Below, in pieces: positions 50,213 to 64,000 of a DNA stretch of 64,000 nucleotides. This DNA comes from Mobula hypostoma. Taxonomy: Eukaryota. The notes under the pieces were generated by a model. The model was given only the letters and a program-made list of their open reading frames with translations, was not told where the DNA came from and searched no databases. The position numbers were made by a program, and so were the translations under genes. The first letter of the stretch is position 1; every line of letters starts with the position of its first letter. The stretch is taken from contig NC_086097.1 of NCBI RefSeq assembly GCF_963921235.1, forward strand, positions 48,114,001-48,178,000, in the 5' to 3' direction.

Positions 50213-51129
50213 AATAAATAGTTAAAATAATTCTGTTGTACAATAGTGGTTGACTTAATAGTTGTTCTCTTTCCTCAAGTAATCCTAGTTGAAAAAAAAG
50301 TATTAAATATATCTGGAAATTGAAGTTCTGGACCATAAACCAGCTCTGCCTACAGGGTACAAATTCTGAAATGCAAATGATGTATTTGTTTTCTTTATGG
50401 CAACTGTGTTGTTATTTAAATGTATTTGTTTTAATCAAAATCATGTGCAACATTACATCTCGTAAACTGCGCTATCATGGGACTAAATAAAGAAATAAAG
50501 GCAGTCCATAAATTTTCTGGAATATGCAATTACAGATAGCCATGAAATGGATGGCGAAGCCGTTACAAATCTCCATAAATTAGATTTTAAACTGCACTCA
50601 TAAAATCGTAGAAATATTCAGCAGATCCAACAACTTTTAGGGAGAACATTTCAGGTCCATAAACTTTCATCAGAATTGCTTGCTGAAAAGCCTAATGAAG
50701 ACACCAAACACTAACTGTGGTCTGAAGCTGCTTTGCCTGTTATTATCATCTTCCATTTTTATTTCCAACATCCGTAGTATTTTGTTTTTGCTTCACATTT
50801 CTAAAAGAAGATAAGGAACGAACACAAGAAGAAAGGATTGAGATGATACCTCATACTGGGCCCTATTTTCACAAAGCCACCCTTCCCAATGACCTCCAAT
50901 TACAACTGGGAGTGAGAAGTGTGCTGATCTTTCTATCAGCACATTGCTTCAGTCTGTTTTGCTCAATTGTAATATTTTAACTGACATTTTTGGCTGAACC
51001 TGAATGCGATGTTATATCAGCCTATGCCTTAACCCAAGATGTATCAAAACTGAATCCTATCAATTCTGAATTCAAATAAACCCTCCGGTTATCTTCTGCT
51101 TGTTATCGTGCAGATAGAATCTACTTCCA

Positions 51130-51862
51130 GTCAACATGGTGCCTGCGTACAATGCTCCTTCAGTTGACATCTTCTGGATAGATCGTGAAACCACATAATT
51201 CACTTCTTTTTTATCTTTTACATTCGTTTTTCATCTTGAATGTGACTCTGGAACTTTTGGAGCCTGCGATTTACCGTTTGGAGATCATATAGGTGTTCCG
51301 GTGCTCTGCAGTCTCCGAGAGGATTCCGGGAGGCAGAGCAAAGTGGGTGAACCTTGTGGCGAGAAGCCTGCAAGCCGGTGTTCAAATCCATTTTGCTAGT
51401 TAAAGCTTCTATTGTTTGCTGATTAAAGTGACAAGAGAGATTGAAACATTAAGGCGAACGTGAAAGGTGAGTGCTGGCTAGCTGCCTTTTGATCACTGGT
51501 GAGATTATTCTGCTGCCAAAGAGGGGGGACTGCCTTTTGATCGCTGGTGGAATCACCCTGCTACCAGAGAAGGAAAGGCTTGCTGCCATGCCCAGAGAAT
51601 GTTACCCAGATTTTCTGCAGTTTGGATATGGACTTGGAGTATAGACATTTTTTTTCTATCTTATAGTTTTTTATGTTCTGTATTTTTTGTCCAATCTCTC
51701 ATTTTTTTGTGTGTGGGGAAAGGGGATGTGCCTGGTCTGTTTTTGTTCATTACTCGTGGGGGAGGAGGGATTTGGGATTAATGACCATGTTGCCATTGGT
51801 TTTGTGTCTATCTGAAGAAGAATTTCAGAGTTGTATACTTTGATAATAAATGACTTTTTGAT
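51130..51862 (+). mobile_element. Non-coding retroposon with degenerate AAGATGGCG-like head and LINE-like tail
   Basis: Starts 'caacatggtgcc' and ends 'aagaatttcagagttgtatactttgataataaatgacttt', a tail shared with 17460-17540 and 30840-30900. Confidence 0.5.
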
Positions 51863-52783
51863 GAACTCATTGGAAACTTGTGTAGTGCACAATGCAGCTG
51901 CTTTTTTCTGATTGTCCAATTAGAACGTCAGAGCTTCTGTTTGATTGGTGCCACTTATAAAGTATCCTATTAATTGTAACCAACCAAATTTAGATGTAAA
52001 TTAAATCAGAGTTAGGCTTTTCTACTTTTTGGCTGCAACTTCGTGGACCTCCACTTGCTTTTCGCCTAGAAGATTTGAGTGCAAGCCTCAATCCTTGGAA
52101 ATGTGACTGGGAGAGTTTCTGGTGTGTATGGAATGCTGTACTCTTGGAAGTGCTGCTGACATATGGTGTTTTAAATTGATACAGCAAAATGTCCTCTCAG
52201 ATAGATGTAAAAGTCATAATATTAGCAATTGGATGGACATGTTCCCTTGGAGTCTTGGCTAATGATTGCCTGTGGTCAGGATCATCCTTTCAGAACTGTG
52301 TTGAATCTTGACTGTAAATTCTGGTGCTTAAATCCATAACCTTTAACTAATGAGGCAAGAGTGAGCCATTAAAGCACATTCTTGCTGAATAAAGTAAATC
52401 ACTTAAAAATCTCTACAAATTGTTTTAAAAATGGGAAAGCTTGGCCACTCTTATAAAGCACAATTTTTTTTGCTTGGAAAAGTGTATAGTCCCTTACAAG
52501 AAGGTGGTTAGATCTATTCTTCAAGGCTAATAACTGCTTTGATGTAGACTTAATGGTTGTTTAATTGCAACTAAACTTCAATGCCATTTGGAGCATTCAT
52601 TGAAGTGCAGCACTTATTTGATCAATCTACAGCTTCAAAGGAAGAGGAAGGAAGATAACACTGCATCAGAACGCATGCAAAGTATTGGATACAGTCTGGA
52701 ACGGTGGCCAGCTTTTATAAAGAAAACAAATAACTTTTCTCATAACTGTAAATATAAAGTACATAGATAATGTACTGCTACTT

Positions 52784-53899
52784 CCTTTTTAAATTTTTTT
52801 TACTGACTTTATTGCAACACCAACAAACTGCATTCAATACAACCAGTTGCCAATTACATTTTGACTGTTTAACCCAGCCACCCCCCAACCTTCATCACCA
52901 TCCCCCCTTCATCCCTCTCCCCTCCACCAACCAACTGAATAGTAGTGCATACACAGACGAAGCATTCCTATTTTAACAAAAGGTCTTTTAAGTTAGATAT
53001 CAAATTTGTCCACATTAAGATTGTGTTTGGTCGTGCATCATTTACTCTCGCTGATGAAAGTTCCAGATAAGAAATGTCCAAAAAGCTCCGAAGCCAGTGA
53101 GTATTTGAAATATCATGGGGAGGTTTCTTCTTAGCTGCAGTCAGGCCAGCCAGCCAGACTGTGTGTTTTTTCCGTAAGGGAAAGGTGGGAGTCATCATTT
53201 AGAAGATGTACAGCGGGGTCCATTGGTAATTGTACCCCCGTAAGTTCTGTAAGAGTACCGATAACCTTCCCCCACAAACCAAAAACCCCTGGACATTCCC
53301 ATACAACATGTATACAAGAGCCAATGGCTCCATGGGGGCAAAATGAGCAATATGGGTCAGGAACCAGTCCCATTTGATGTCTAATTCTTAGTGTTAAATA
53401 TGCTCTATGACAAAATTTCAAGTGTATATACCGATGATTTGGGTTTTTTGAAGCACCGGCAGCTTTATCCCAAATCGCATCCCAGTCTAAGTCTTGTCCC
53501 AATTCAGATATGTCCCTATCCCAGGCTTTCATTCCTGATGTGGGCATATATTTCTGGGAGTTTAATTTATCATGGATATATGACACTATTTATCATGGAT
53601 ATATGACACCTGGAGCACTCTGTATCCAACTTAAAATGGGATAGACCTTTAAATCTGACCCCCAGGGAATGCCATAGCCTTTACAAGCTGATCTTACTCT
53701 AAAGTAGAAGAAAAGAGAGTGTTTATCAATATTATATCGAGATATCAGTTCTTGAAAGCTAAGGATAGCACTTGCCCCATTAATATCTTGAAGAGTAGTA
53801 ATACTTTTAACCTCCCAAGTTCTGTTAGTGAATGGTTTCCCCCAGATAGAAAGTGATTATTGTTCCATAATGGAGATGATTTGCACCATACATTTTTAA
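52784..53899 (-). mobile_element. 5'-truncated L1-clade LINE (ORF2 C-terminal CCHC region, 3' UTR, A-tail)
   Basis: ORF 53131..53586(-) LKFCHRAYLT..CSFC..HVVWEC. A-rich tail at about 52785. 12-bp TSD GTACTGCTACTT (52772-52783, 53900-53911). Contains a 23-bp tandem duplication at 53565-53610. Confidence 0.9.
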
Positions 53900-56036
53900 G
53901 TACTGCTACTTTCTGAAGTTCAATCAGTGAATAATTTCTATAGAACAAACTGTATTCAGAGATTATATGTAGCAATTGTATTGAGTAAAACATAATTTTA
54001 AATTAACCCTCATAAGAACCTTCAGAACAATTCACTGGAAAGCTGATAATCCTTCAATGCAGTTATATTTGGTAACTTTATAACTATAGGTAGTGTAACT
54101 CTCCAAATTTAATATAATTTCAAAGTTTTGGATTACTATGTCTATGCTAGGTTCTATCATTTTTGTTATTGCGTACTGCATGTCACCTTTCATCCAAGAG
54201 GTGGAGCTTCCCATGTGCTAGTAAGTATTTTCGCAGGCTCCGTGACCCAAGCACGATCTGTAGTGTGATCCTGCAATGGTTTGCCGTGCTGATCATCTCA
54301 GCTGCTGCTACTTTCTCGTGATTTCATGTTGATTTTGACAGCAGTGGTATGGCTTGACCACTGGGGCCAGCAGGCAGCCGGTCTTGTTACAGGAGGCTGC
54401 CTGAGTATACAACAGGTGACTCATTCTATCAGACCTGAGACTTGAGTGCAACTTCCTACAAGCATCCTGTTCTGCATCTGGTGTCTTCAAAAAGACCTAT
54501 CTGCTGCTTGACATAATCGTTGAGGTCCCTTATTGTTAATCATTTTCCATGTGTTTCTGCATTCAAAGCACAGTACTATCGGTAAACCACTTAATCAGGT
54601 TGGTTATGGGGAAAAGATAACCAGGCAACCTGGGAGTGTGATAGAAATATACCAAACACAGCTTAACACACATCTCTATGGTCTGAATGCTCATTAAATT
54701 GGATACCAGTTAGTTGATGCTCAGAGCACAGTTTTACTCTGTGGGACATCTGTTTCCGATCCAGAGATTACATAGAACCTCGATTGGCATGTCTTCAGAC
54801 TCCTAAATCAAGGAAGCACTTAAAATGCCAGCCAGAAGGAATGAAGTAGTAAGTTAAAAAGATAAATTTTGTCAGTCCCTCTTCTTACTGGCAAGTGGAA
54901 TGGATGGGAATCCTGTTGTCTAAAGATCATTTCCGATTATAGGATTGAAACCTACATCTTGCACCCGGTAAGGAATTGCAGTGCTGACAGTTTCACCTGA
55001 AACCTGTAGCAGACCAGATCTGTTGAGATGAGATGCAAGTACAAATTAGTTTGAGCATTAGGCTATTGATGTAAGTGGTTAAATGTTTCTTCAAGAAGCT
55101 ACCTTGTGACAAACATAGGTTTCAAATGACTATATAATAAAAACGTGCACTTTGTTGGCAGTGCTGATGTTTGACAGCTGCTCACAATGGAGAGTAATTT
55201 GAAGCAATGCTTGTCTTTTTGAAGATTTGTCTTTAGGACTGTGAGTGATGAATTATGATGCCCTTTTGCTGATAATAACCTCTTGGTACATAGAAATTAC
55301 CATGTCAACTTTGAACCATTCAGAGACGTAACAGTAGCTTCAGAATAGCTATCAAAGACCCATATGGTTGACAAGCCACAGCTGCTCCTGACTAAAGCCT
55401 ATAATCTGTAAACAATATTTACAACAGCTTTTAACTTACATATAATTAATATTTATGTAGGGAATGGAAGTGACTTACATGGAGGTAAATATGGACAGGA
55501 GAAACAAATGTTCAATGACCAAGGGTTATGTTTCAAGAGGGTCTGGAAAATTTGACCTTCCATATGACAGTAGCAAACTCAAGTAAGATAGGAAGTGGAG
55601 AAGTTTAAGATCATGTGTTCCTTCAGAAAATTAAAGTACTGATTCCCATAGTGTTCCATTTTTACAGACTGGTGATCTTCAGTGCATTCTATATAATCAA
55701 CCGAGTTTAGGTAGTAGTAGGTTCTACTACAATCCTCAGCAGAGGCTTAAACCAGTTCAAGACCTAATGTTGATACACGTGCATTCTGCAGCAGGAATCA
55801 CTGAATCAGATGGCATGGGTGACACAAATGGGACAAGGAGACTGTGATCAAATGAAAATCCTCAACTGGTCCTGGCAAGAGGATGGTGCCAATGCCTATA
55901 TTGTATATTGGACCTGTATTTATGGAGGTGGATGCAAAGTTATTGACAATCACAAAAATCCACAACAAAACAATATATAAAGAATCAAGCTTCTTGGAAA
56001 ACATGATTCCTGGCAGCTTTGGATTCAGATTGTGTG

Positions 56037-56040
<4 letters not shown>

Positions 56041-56086
<46 letters not shown>
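56041..56086. repeat. (TA)n microsatellite
   Basis: Seen directly. Confidence 0.98.
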
Positions 56087-56092
<6 letters not shown>

Positions 56093-56188
56093 ATTGGAAA
56101 TTTGGTAGTATTGTAGTAGGAAATACATGATGTACAAATCATGCTGTACTCATTACTCAGAGCAAACTGAGCTTAAGATTTTTACATA

Positions 56189-56616
56189 CAATACTGTGCA
56201 AAAATTAATTTTAGGCACATGTAAAAAATTCTGTAAAGCGAAGCTGCTTTAAGAAATAATGAAATGAAAAGTTTCCAAATATTGAAAAAAACTATAAAGA
56301 ACAGTAAACAGTAAAAAAAACTAAATCAAGTCAACATTTGGCGTGAGTACCCTTTGACTTTAAAACTTCATCAATTCTCTTAGGTTCACTGTCGTGCGCT
56401 TTTATAAGAAAATCATTTGATAGGTTGCTCCAAGCATCTTGGAAAACTTGCCACAGTTCTTCTGCAGACGCTGGCTGTCTTGCTTGATTCTGTCTGTTCG
56501 GGTAATCCCATGCAGCCTCAATGATGTTGATCAGGGCTCTGTTGAGGCTGTACCATTTGAAACCATAGAAAAAAACCTGGGGTGCTTAAGTTCTGTACTA
56601 TACTTTCACAGTACTG
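56189..56616 (-). mobile_element. Tc1-type non-autonomous deletion derivative
   Basis: Ends 'caatactgtgcaaaa' / 'tttcacagtactg' flanked by TA. - strand keeps a Tc1 C-terminus (EELWQVFQDAWSNL..PKRIDEVLKSKGTHAKC). Related ends occur at about 30960-30981 and 31450-31475. Confidence 0.7.
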
Positions 56617-58254
56617 TACATTGTTCTAAAATATAGAAATCAGAACAGGAAAGAGTCTTAATTTCAAAACATTTTGAACTGAGGTAAAATTTAATTGACA
56701 GCTTCAATTTTCGGGTCTTTGTCTCATTTAATTGCCTTCATCGTCAGTTTTACCGTTTGTTGATAGTGCAACTATAAAATACTTTAAACACCTTTTGTGA
56801 TGACAATATGCCTGACTGAGTTATTGATCAACTTCCAGTGCACAGATTACTAGTTTGAGATGCGTACAATACATTAGTTTTCTTATTTAATTCACCAACA
56901 TAATAAATACTTACTGTATTTATAAAGACTTACTGTAAGTTTGTGCACTATGTTAGCTATTGGAATCAAATGTGTAGATACTTCTAATACTCATGAAGAT
57001 CAGACCTGGTAGCAACTATATTCTGACAATGATAATTGTGCTGAAGAAGGAATTACCTGCAGGTACCTGATCTCGTACTAACCAATGAACCAATTTTACG
57101 TTTGTAGAGTACAATCATTGAAGAGCTACAGTGAGCTGAGTAGTGTTCAGAACTGCCAAGATCAACAGTGTGCAGATAGAAGTGATAACAGAATGATTGA
57201 TTAGTGATGAATAGGTGCTTTTAGCAATTCAGTTAATGGAATATAACCCAATAACATTAAAAGCTTTCCAGAAAAACCTGTGTATACAGGTGTTATTTGT
57301 CTCATGTTGAACTGAGTTCTATTCAGACAATGTTAGAAGTAGTTTCCCAGTGAAACTATCTCAAATATTCCTTTACAGTGATTAATACAAGCCAGTGATC
57401 TATTGTACAATTATTAAGCTATACCAATTGTTAAAGGTTGACACGTGTTCAGGTTTCTGGACTGTTTCTAAACAAGCTCATTACTGGTTTCTGTTTGCAA
57501 GAGCTATTGCTTGTTATTAGTTTTTTTTAAAAATTAAGTATTTGCCAAAGTATGGCTCTTAACAATTTCAGTGTCTAAATCTTCATAACTTGACTCCTAT
57601 CTGAAAACAAAATAACAACTTGTGGAGGATCTTTAACATAATGGAAACATCCCCAACGTGCCTTACACTTCAGAATAGTGTGTTCAGACCTGGGACAGAA
57701 TAGGAAGAAGTGAAGAGGAGGTATCTAAATAGTTGACCAAAGTGCTTTGATCTTGAATCACAAGTATATCTGACAGGGTAGAGAAGCAGTTTTCTTTTCC
57801 TGAAAGGTAGGAGTGAACCAATAAGGTTTTTTTAATGGTCTTTTTATGTAGCATTAATTTATTATGTCATATATTCTTTTATAAATTGTATTAAAATTCT
57901 TAGGCTGGATTTGAAGAAACTTTCTCTTGAATTTTAGACTGGGCCATTATGCTATCGGACAAGCATCTTGGCCTCTTCATAGCCATGATACAATGCATTT
58001 TTACAGACAATTCCAGCTGTGGCTAACATCATTATTCCCAAACCAAAGCTAATTTTTCCTTCCAGTTTAATGACTCTCTGAATAATGTCAGGTGGCACTC
58101 GTGGCCTTAACATTTACCTTCATGGTTTCACTGTCTCATTCATCGTTGCTTTCAAATCTTGTTCATGTCCTTTGCTACTTGTTTTTAGCATCGCCTCCTT
58201 TAAATGGCATGTTAGAAATGCTCCGGCTCAGGTCTGTCAGGAAGTCTCGTCCCA

Positions 58255-60094
58255 CTATTTGCATCTCACATCCCCTGCAGTAGAGTCAACTATTAAGGAA
58301 GGTACTGGATGATGCCACAGCAGATCCAAAGATGACATTGGAAAGCTCAAACATATCAAGGGTAAATCAGTGTTAAATGAAAATGCCACGCCCAAGTTTT
58401 ATAAAGCACATCCGGTTCCTTATACCATCCGTAATAAGAAGCCAGTGAGCTGATGGGATTCTTTCCAAGGGTGAGTTGAGCCCATGAACAATACAAGTGG
58501 TCCCAGTAACCAAGAAGAAAGGGTCTGTCAGGATTTGTGGTGATTTTAATGTCACCATCACCCAGTAATGAAAGTAAATCGATACCTTCTGCCCAGGATG
58601 GAGGATATCTTTGCAAACCTTTCTGGAGGGAAACACTTCAGCAAAGTGGACTTAGCTGAGGTCTACCTACAGATGGAGGTGGAAGAAGCTTTGAGTGTTT
58701 CTCACCATGAACACTCACAAAGGGCTTTATTTTATAATAGGCTTATTTTTGAGTAGCACCTGCACCTGCACTGTGGCAGAGAGCTATGGACCAGGTATTG
58801 TAGGCTGCCAGGGCACTCAGTGTTACCTGGATGACATCATTGTTACCAGTGAGGATGACAAGGAATACCTCCAAAGTCTCAAGACAATGTTAAAAAGATT
58901 AGAATATTATGGGTTCAGATCACAACCAGACTTGAGTCTGGTTTGGGGTGTAAAATGGTTCAAGCAGTACTTGTATGGGAGAGAGTTTACCCTCATTCCT
59001 GATCATCAGCCACTGGCGTCCATTTTCAGTCCACAGAAGGGTGTTCCACCAACAGCAGCAGTATGAATTCAGAGATGAGTTCTGTTTCTTGGAGGACACA
59101 ATTACAAGATTGAATTCAAGAGGACAACTAATCATGGGAATAATGAGGGATTTTCCTGTTTACCCATGGAAAAGGAAACACATGAAAATATTTACAAAAG
59201 CGGACACTCCTCATGATGCATTCTCCCTAATGCAAATTAAATGTCTCCCTATTATGGGATAGATAATGCAAAGGGAAACCAGAAGAAAGCCCACACTATC
59301 TCAGGTCAACATGGCAACTCAAAATGGCTGGAATATGCAGCAGAGGTTTCAATTCCCCCATTTGTACCAGGGCTAGGATGAACTTGCCCTTGATGGGGTT
59401 TTCCTTATATGGGCATTCAGAGTTGTTATTCTATCCATGTGTTGGAGGAGCTACAAGTCAGTCATCTTGGCGTGGTCAAAATGGAAGTGTTGGCTCGAAG
59501 CTTTGTCTGGTGGTCTGGGATAGATCAACGATCGAGCAGCTTGCCGTGTATTGTTTCGGATGGCAACACATCCAGAAGATGTCAAGAACATCTTGGAGAA
59601 AGGAGAAGAAAGGTATCCAGAGCTCATAGAACTACTTCCTGTAGTCCCAGAGTCAAGCCCTACAACCACCATGGAGGAGGCCCCAGAAGATGAGATTGTT
59701 TCTGAGTCACAAGTCTCACCTGCCCAGCAGAGTGACCCCCCACCCCCACACCTTGTCAGGAAAGACATTGTCCGCAAGTGTAGGAAATCCTCTACAGCGA
59801 TTAAATCTTTAGGTTTGAATGTGACAATTTAAAATGTATTATGCTGTGGATGTCTCTATAGCAGTTGTATTAGATACTATGTATATAGTTGAAATGCATT
59901 CTATATTGAGTTGGATTTTATAGCTAAGCAGGGAGGAGTGTTGTGTATTTAATATTTTGGTAATGGTACGTGAATGGCATACTTCATCGCACTGCAGTGT
60001 CATGTGTGCGCCTCGCTTGAAGTAAAAATGAAGACACGTTCTCCTGGGCTCCTCTCTTTTTTTCTTTCTATTAGTCTTATGTTTTGGAGTTTCA
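58255..60094 (+). mobile_element. Ty3/Gypsy remnant with deletions; 3' LTR at about 59939-60094, no 5' LTR seen
   Basis: RYLLPRMEDIFANLSGGKHFSKVDLAEVYLQ, CYLDDIIV, YLYGREFTLIPDHQPL and HLGVVKMEVLARSFVWWSGID. PPT 'aagcagggaggag' followed by TG. Confidence 0.88.
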
Positions 60095-61261
60095 AATCAC
60101 TTTTTGATTGATAAATGAAATCAGCCTCTCTGTTGGGATAAGGACTATTGATATTACTGAATGTAAAGTGATGTAGATATTAATTATATAATTTAATGAA
60201 GTAGTTATAGTTTTAAATGTGGCATTAGTAATGCCAGTGACTCTAAAACATACTTCATATGTCTTACCCTGCAATGCTTCCTTAAAATCAGCACTTCCCA
60301 TTTTGAGATAAGTTGTAATTAAGAGTCAGTGTGGTTAACCAGCCTTGTACTGATAACATTCATGGTGAGAAGAATGTGCTCATAGTTGCTGTATATACCT
60401 TAAGAATCTCCTGTATTATCTTTATTGCCGTCAATGAGTTCAGTGAGTGAGAAGTTACTGTGGGTAGGCAGGATTCTCATGCCTCAGCTCAGTGAAAATG
60501 GAACCCAGTGAACAACTCTCCTGTTCTGCCTGTGACAAATTTCCCGTCACCCAAGAACTGGGCTGTCAAAACTAGCTCCAGGCAAGGTGTTAAGCCTTCT
60601 GAATGTGTGAAGCAACTGTGATGAGATCTGTAGTTGGACTGAGTTAGGAGGATGTGAACTGGGTAAAAGCCAAATCTCTTTTGTTTTGATGAGACCTGCT
60701 AGGAAAAAAGGGATCCTCCAGCTCCTGAAGCTCCCCCTTTATCAGTGTCCAATCCTTCTACACGTCATGCTTATGCTTACCCCATCTGTCTTCTGAAAGC
60801 TCTGACGTTAATGGGATGCCTAATACCACGAAGACCTTGCATTCATCTTCACCATGGAACTTCACAGCATAAACTGAGTAGAGGAGCAGTGGAGCACCAT
60901 TCCACTTGGGCAGAAAGTGTTGGAAATATTTAACTGGTCAGGTTGCATCTATAAGAAGGAAAACAGTTTGAAAGTTTATGATCAAAGAACCAGAATTCAG
61001 AGCTGGAAAAGACGGAAAAGAAGCATGATAGGCTGAGGAGGATGCCTCTGTGAAGCCAGACAACTATCGGATTGAGATTTAATAATTTTAGTTAAAAATA
61101 AACTATAAATAAACAAAAAGAAATTTACCAGATTTTATGAAAAAACATTTGTTTCAGTCTTTTTCAGAAGAAGAAATTTACATTCATAGACTATGTGTGC
61201 TCCTAAATTTGTAGAAACTCCTAAATGGCTACTGTCGCATCATTAAAATATTCTGGAAATC

Positions 61262-62124
61262 TGGCCATTAGTATAAGAAATGCAATTGTCCGACAAGCTG
61301 AAGATGATAAAAGATTTGGTTCTATCATTGGTAAACCAAAAATTGCAGTAGTAGGGTGGGGTGGTAAATCAATACTCAAAACAATTGAAATAATATCAAA
61401 GATACCTTTCCAGTTTTTTTTAAAAGAGGACATGACCAAAACATACGAGTTAAAGAGGATATCTTGGAGTGACATCTATCACATATAGGATTTATATGAG
61501 AGTAATAACGAGCTAATTTATCCTTAGATATATGAACCCTATGCACTACTTTAAACTGTAACTGAAACCGTAACACTAACGGCCAGAAGATTCATTTTGC
61601 TGAATTAGAAAGAGATCAATCCCCCCACCACATTTCATTGGTTATCTCAAATTATGTTGCGTTCAAATTTAGAAAAAATTAGAAATGTTATTTATGATCG
61701 CTCTATTAAATTTGAAAAGACTTGGAGGCCATTTATTCAATACTTCCATATGATGTAATTTGACCTTTTCCAAACCTACTCTATTTCTTTTTAGTATATG
61801 TTGAAGGGAGCGGAGTCAACGACACTAATGGTTCTTTTTTTTTTGATGTTTCACAACAGCCCATGTCTTTTTCTTTCTGTAGTTTAGTTGGTCTATCTTG
61901 TTAGATTAGTTTTTTTGGGGGGGTATATTATTTTTTTCTTTTTTCCTTTTTCATGTTAAATTGTCTATATATAGTATTTGTATCCTATAAGATTGGGAGG
62001 TTTAATATCCCATGTATTAACTGGGTTTATATTTATATATGATAATTACAACAATGACTGTATGATTACTATGTTATTTTAATCTTTATCATTACGATAC
62101 TAATAAAAAGATTGATAAAGAAAG
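61262..62124 (+). mobile_element. L1-clade LINE insertion with 5' inversion
   Basis: 17-bp TSD AAAATATTCTGGAAATC (61245-61261, 62125-62141). 61262-61574 encodes the ORF2 CCHC region on -; 61575-62124 continues ORF2 to its stop, 3' UTR and A-rich tail on +. Confidence 0.9.
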
Positions 62125-64000
62125 AAAATATTCTGGAAATCAGCACTTCACTGGTTCTGTTTCATCCCAGTTTCCTGTTCTTTTACTCTAACCTTATGGG
62201 CACTTTCTTTTTATTAATATTTCCAGTTTAAGGAGTGTGGATTTTGGCTGACTCTGGAAGAACATGGGTACCTGAACAAAGACGAATAAAATCTAATCCC
62301 TTCCTTTAATCTTTGAACCTCCACAGAACAGTTGTGATACAACTGCATAAAGCATAGTACGGGTGCGGCTGAGATGATGTGAAGTTGGCACTCTAGATGA
62401 ATGACATTGAAGTATTAGCTGATTCTAATACGAAACAGCTCAATTTTAATATGTAAAATATTAAAAATATGTCAGCTGAATCTGGTCAGTGATTTATACT
62501 TATTAAATTGGAATGCACGAAGTCACTTTCTCATTGATTCTACCATCAGGTTTCATGTGGGAATAAATCACTGCTGTCCAAATGTTTACTGTGTAACTAC
62601 ATCGATTATTATATCTTTCATTCTGGACATTGCTCGAAGAAAAATAATCTGAGGAGGAGACCACCCCTTGACAGAAAAACCATGATTTATAAGGCAGCAG
62701 GCTGCAATGCAGTTATTTGTTTCAAAACCTAGATACTGTGACTACATACTTCTCTTTATTTCCGTGTAAACGTAGAAGCTATTTATTCATCAGAGCATCC
62801 AAAGGACATTTAAGACAACATTTTATTGGATTTCTATCAGACAATTTGATTTGTCTTAAGAAAAATCAATTGCATTTTTGATTAATCTCCAAAATTCACA
62901 AAACTAGCACAAAAGGGCCATTTGCAATAATTGTTATTTTCCCGAGAGAATTTAGAATGGGAAAGGTTGCCTTCTCTGCTTTTTCTTGACCTTTCTCCCT
63001 GGTGTTGCAATGACTTAAAGCTGGGTTTCATTGGCACCAGCTGCTGGCCAGCGCCCCACACAATGTCCATTCCTTGGGTGATGATTGACGATATCTGTGA
63101 GCTGTTTGACAGTGTGGATCGTTACCACTAAACTCAGTCCTTCCTTAATTTGAATTTGCACTTGCATTTGAAGACACTGAGCTGCGGAGAGATGTGTTAG
63201 AAGTTTGCTCTGGTCCAGACGTTCCTAAGCACTGGTAACTGCATGCCAGGGCATCTCAACACATTGCTGGGTCATTTACAGCAGAAGCTGGACCTAGTAC
63301 CAGGCCCCAAGACTTGGCTGCATCATAGGTGACCCATTGCTGGTCTCTGGGTCGGACAGGAGTGCTGACTAATTTGATGTAGGAAGTTTCTGTTGTACTA
63401 ACGCCAGCAGAAAGAATGGTGAAGGAGAGTCATATGGTGGCCAAGATATACACTGATGTAGTTTCTCCTGCCGTGACCCTCTCAGGATAAAACAGATGCG
63501 CAATCTGTACAGGTACTTCACCCTGGGACCATCCCGCTGCCAGCTGACACAGAGCACTCACCTCATCTGGGCACGGTGCTGGTTTTAGCCTGTCAGTGTT
63601 ATAGTTGCTGCTGATCTCCTCACCAACATATGCTAGTGCGGATACTTGGACAGATGGCGGATCTAGAAAGTTGGGTGCCTTAGAAAAGATCGGAAATGTC
63701 TTGCCTGGACCAAAGGCTGTTCCAATGTCTTTCAACAGGCTGGGATGTACAAATGGTGTTGAGGTAGAAGATGAGTTGTGAACTTAATAAATGGTGGAGC
63801 TCATTCAAAGGACTGGATGGCCTATTGCTGTTCTTATTTTTATATTTTTTTGTGGTTCAAGATTGCTTGATGTCATTTCCTGTACACAAGTGTAAAGGAG
63901 ATACAAAAAAATGTTACTGTGGGTCCGATGCAACACACACAAAAAAGAACACAATAATAACAAAAAACACAATAAATATAAATCCATAAGCTAGTTTATA

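Noticed and set aside
55798..56142. ORFs with IYIYIY repeats
   Set aside because: Artefact of the (TA)n microsatellite.
63240..63290. DIRS-type RNase H motif (MPGHLNTLLGHLQQ)
   Set aside because: Resemblance is weak, and no RT or tyrosine recombinase remnant is visible nearby.
1..64000. CRISPR array, operon or prokaryotic defence system
   Set aside because: No regularly spaced repeat-spacer array or gene-dense region; the sequence is vertebrate-like repeat-rich DNA.

Overview
AT-rich eukaryotic DNA dominated by transposon remnants. The repeat families (CR1/HER1-like tails, V-SINE/HE1-like SINEs, Rex/Babar-like LINEs, GIY-YIG Penelope-like elements) suggest a cartilaginous fish, probably a ray; this is inferred, not proven. 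I cannot support any host protein-coding gene. Nearly all ORFs in the track are decayed transposon frames or shadow frames, and only a few weak exon candidates remain. Supported content: three Gypsy remnants (two with both LTRs and target-site duplications), a truncated Tc1, a Tc1-type deletion derivative, a Tigger/pogo derivative with a large internal palindrome, a Harbinger-type non-autonomous element, two L1 insertions (one with a 5' inversion), RTE-derived non-coding elements, tRNA-derived SINEs and many Penelope-like fragments. The most interesting signal is at RNA level. The Penelope-like copies carry a minimal type-I hammerhead ribozyme motif, one copy with an intact core at 32837-32872. 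It also occurs in tiny TSD-flanked inserts and in palindromic derivatives, and a second, sequence-distinct palindromic family carries a hammerhead-like motif. All coordinates and alignments were read by eye, and family names were not checked against databases.
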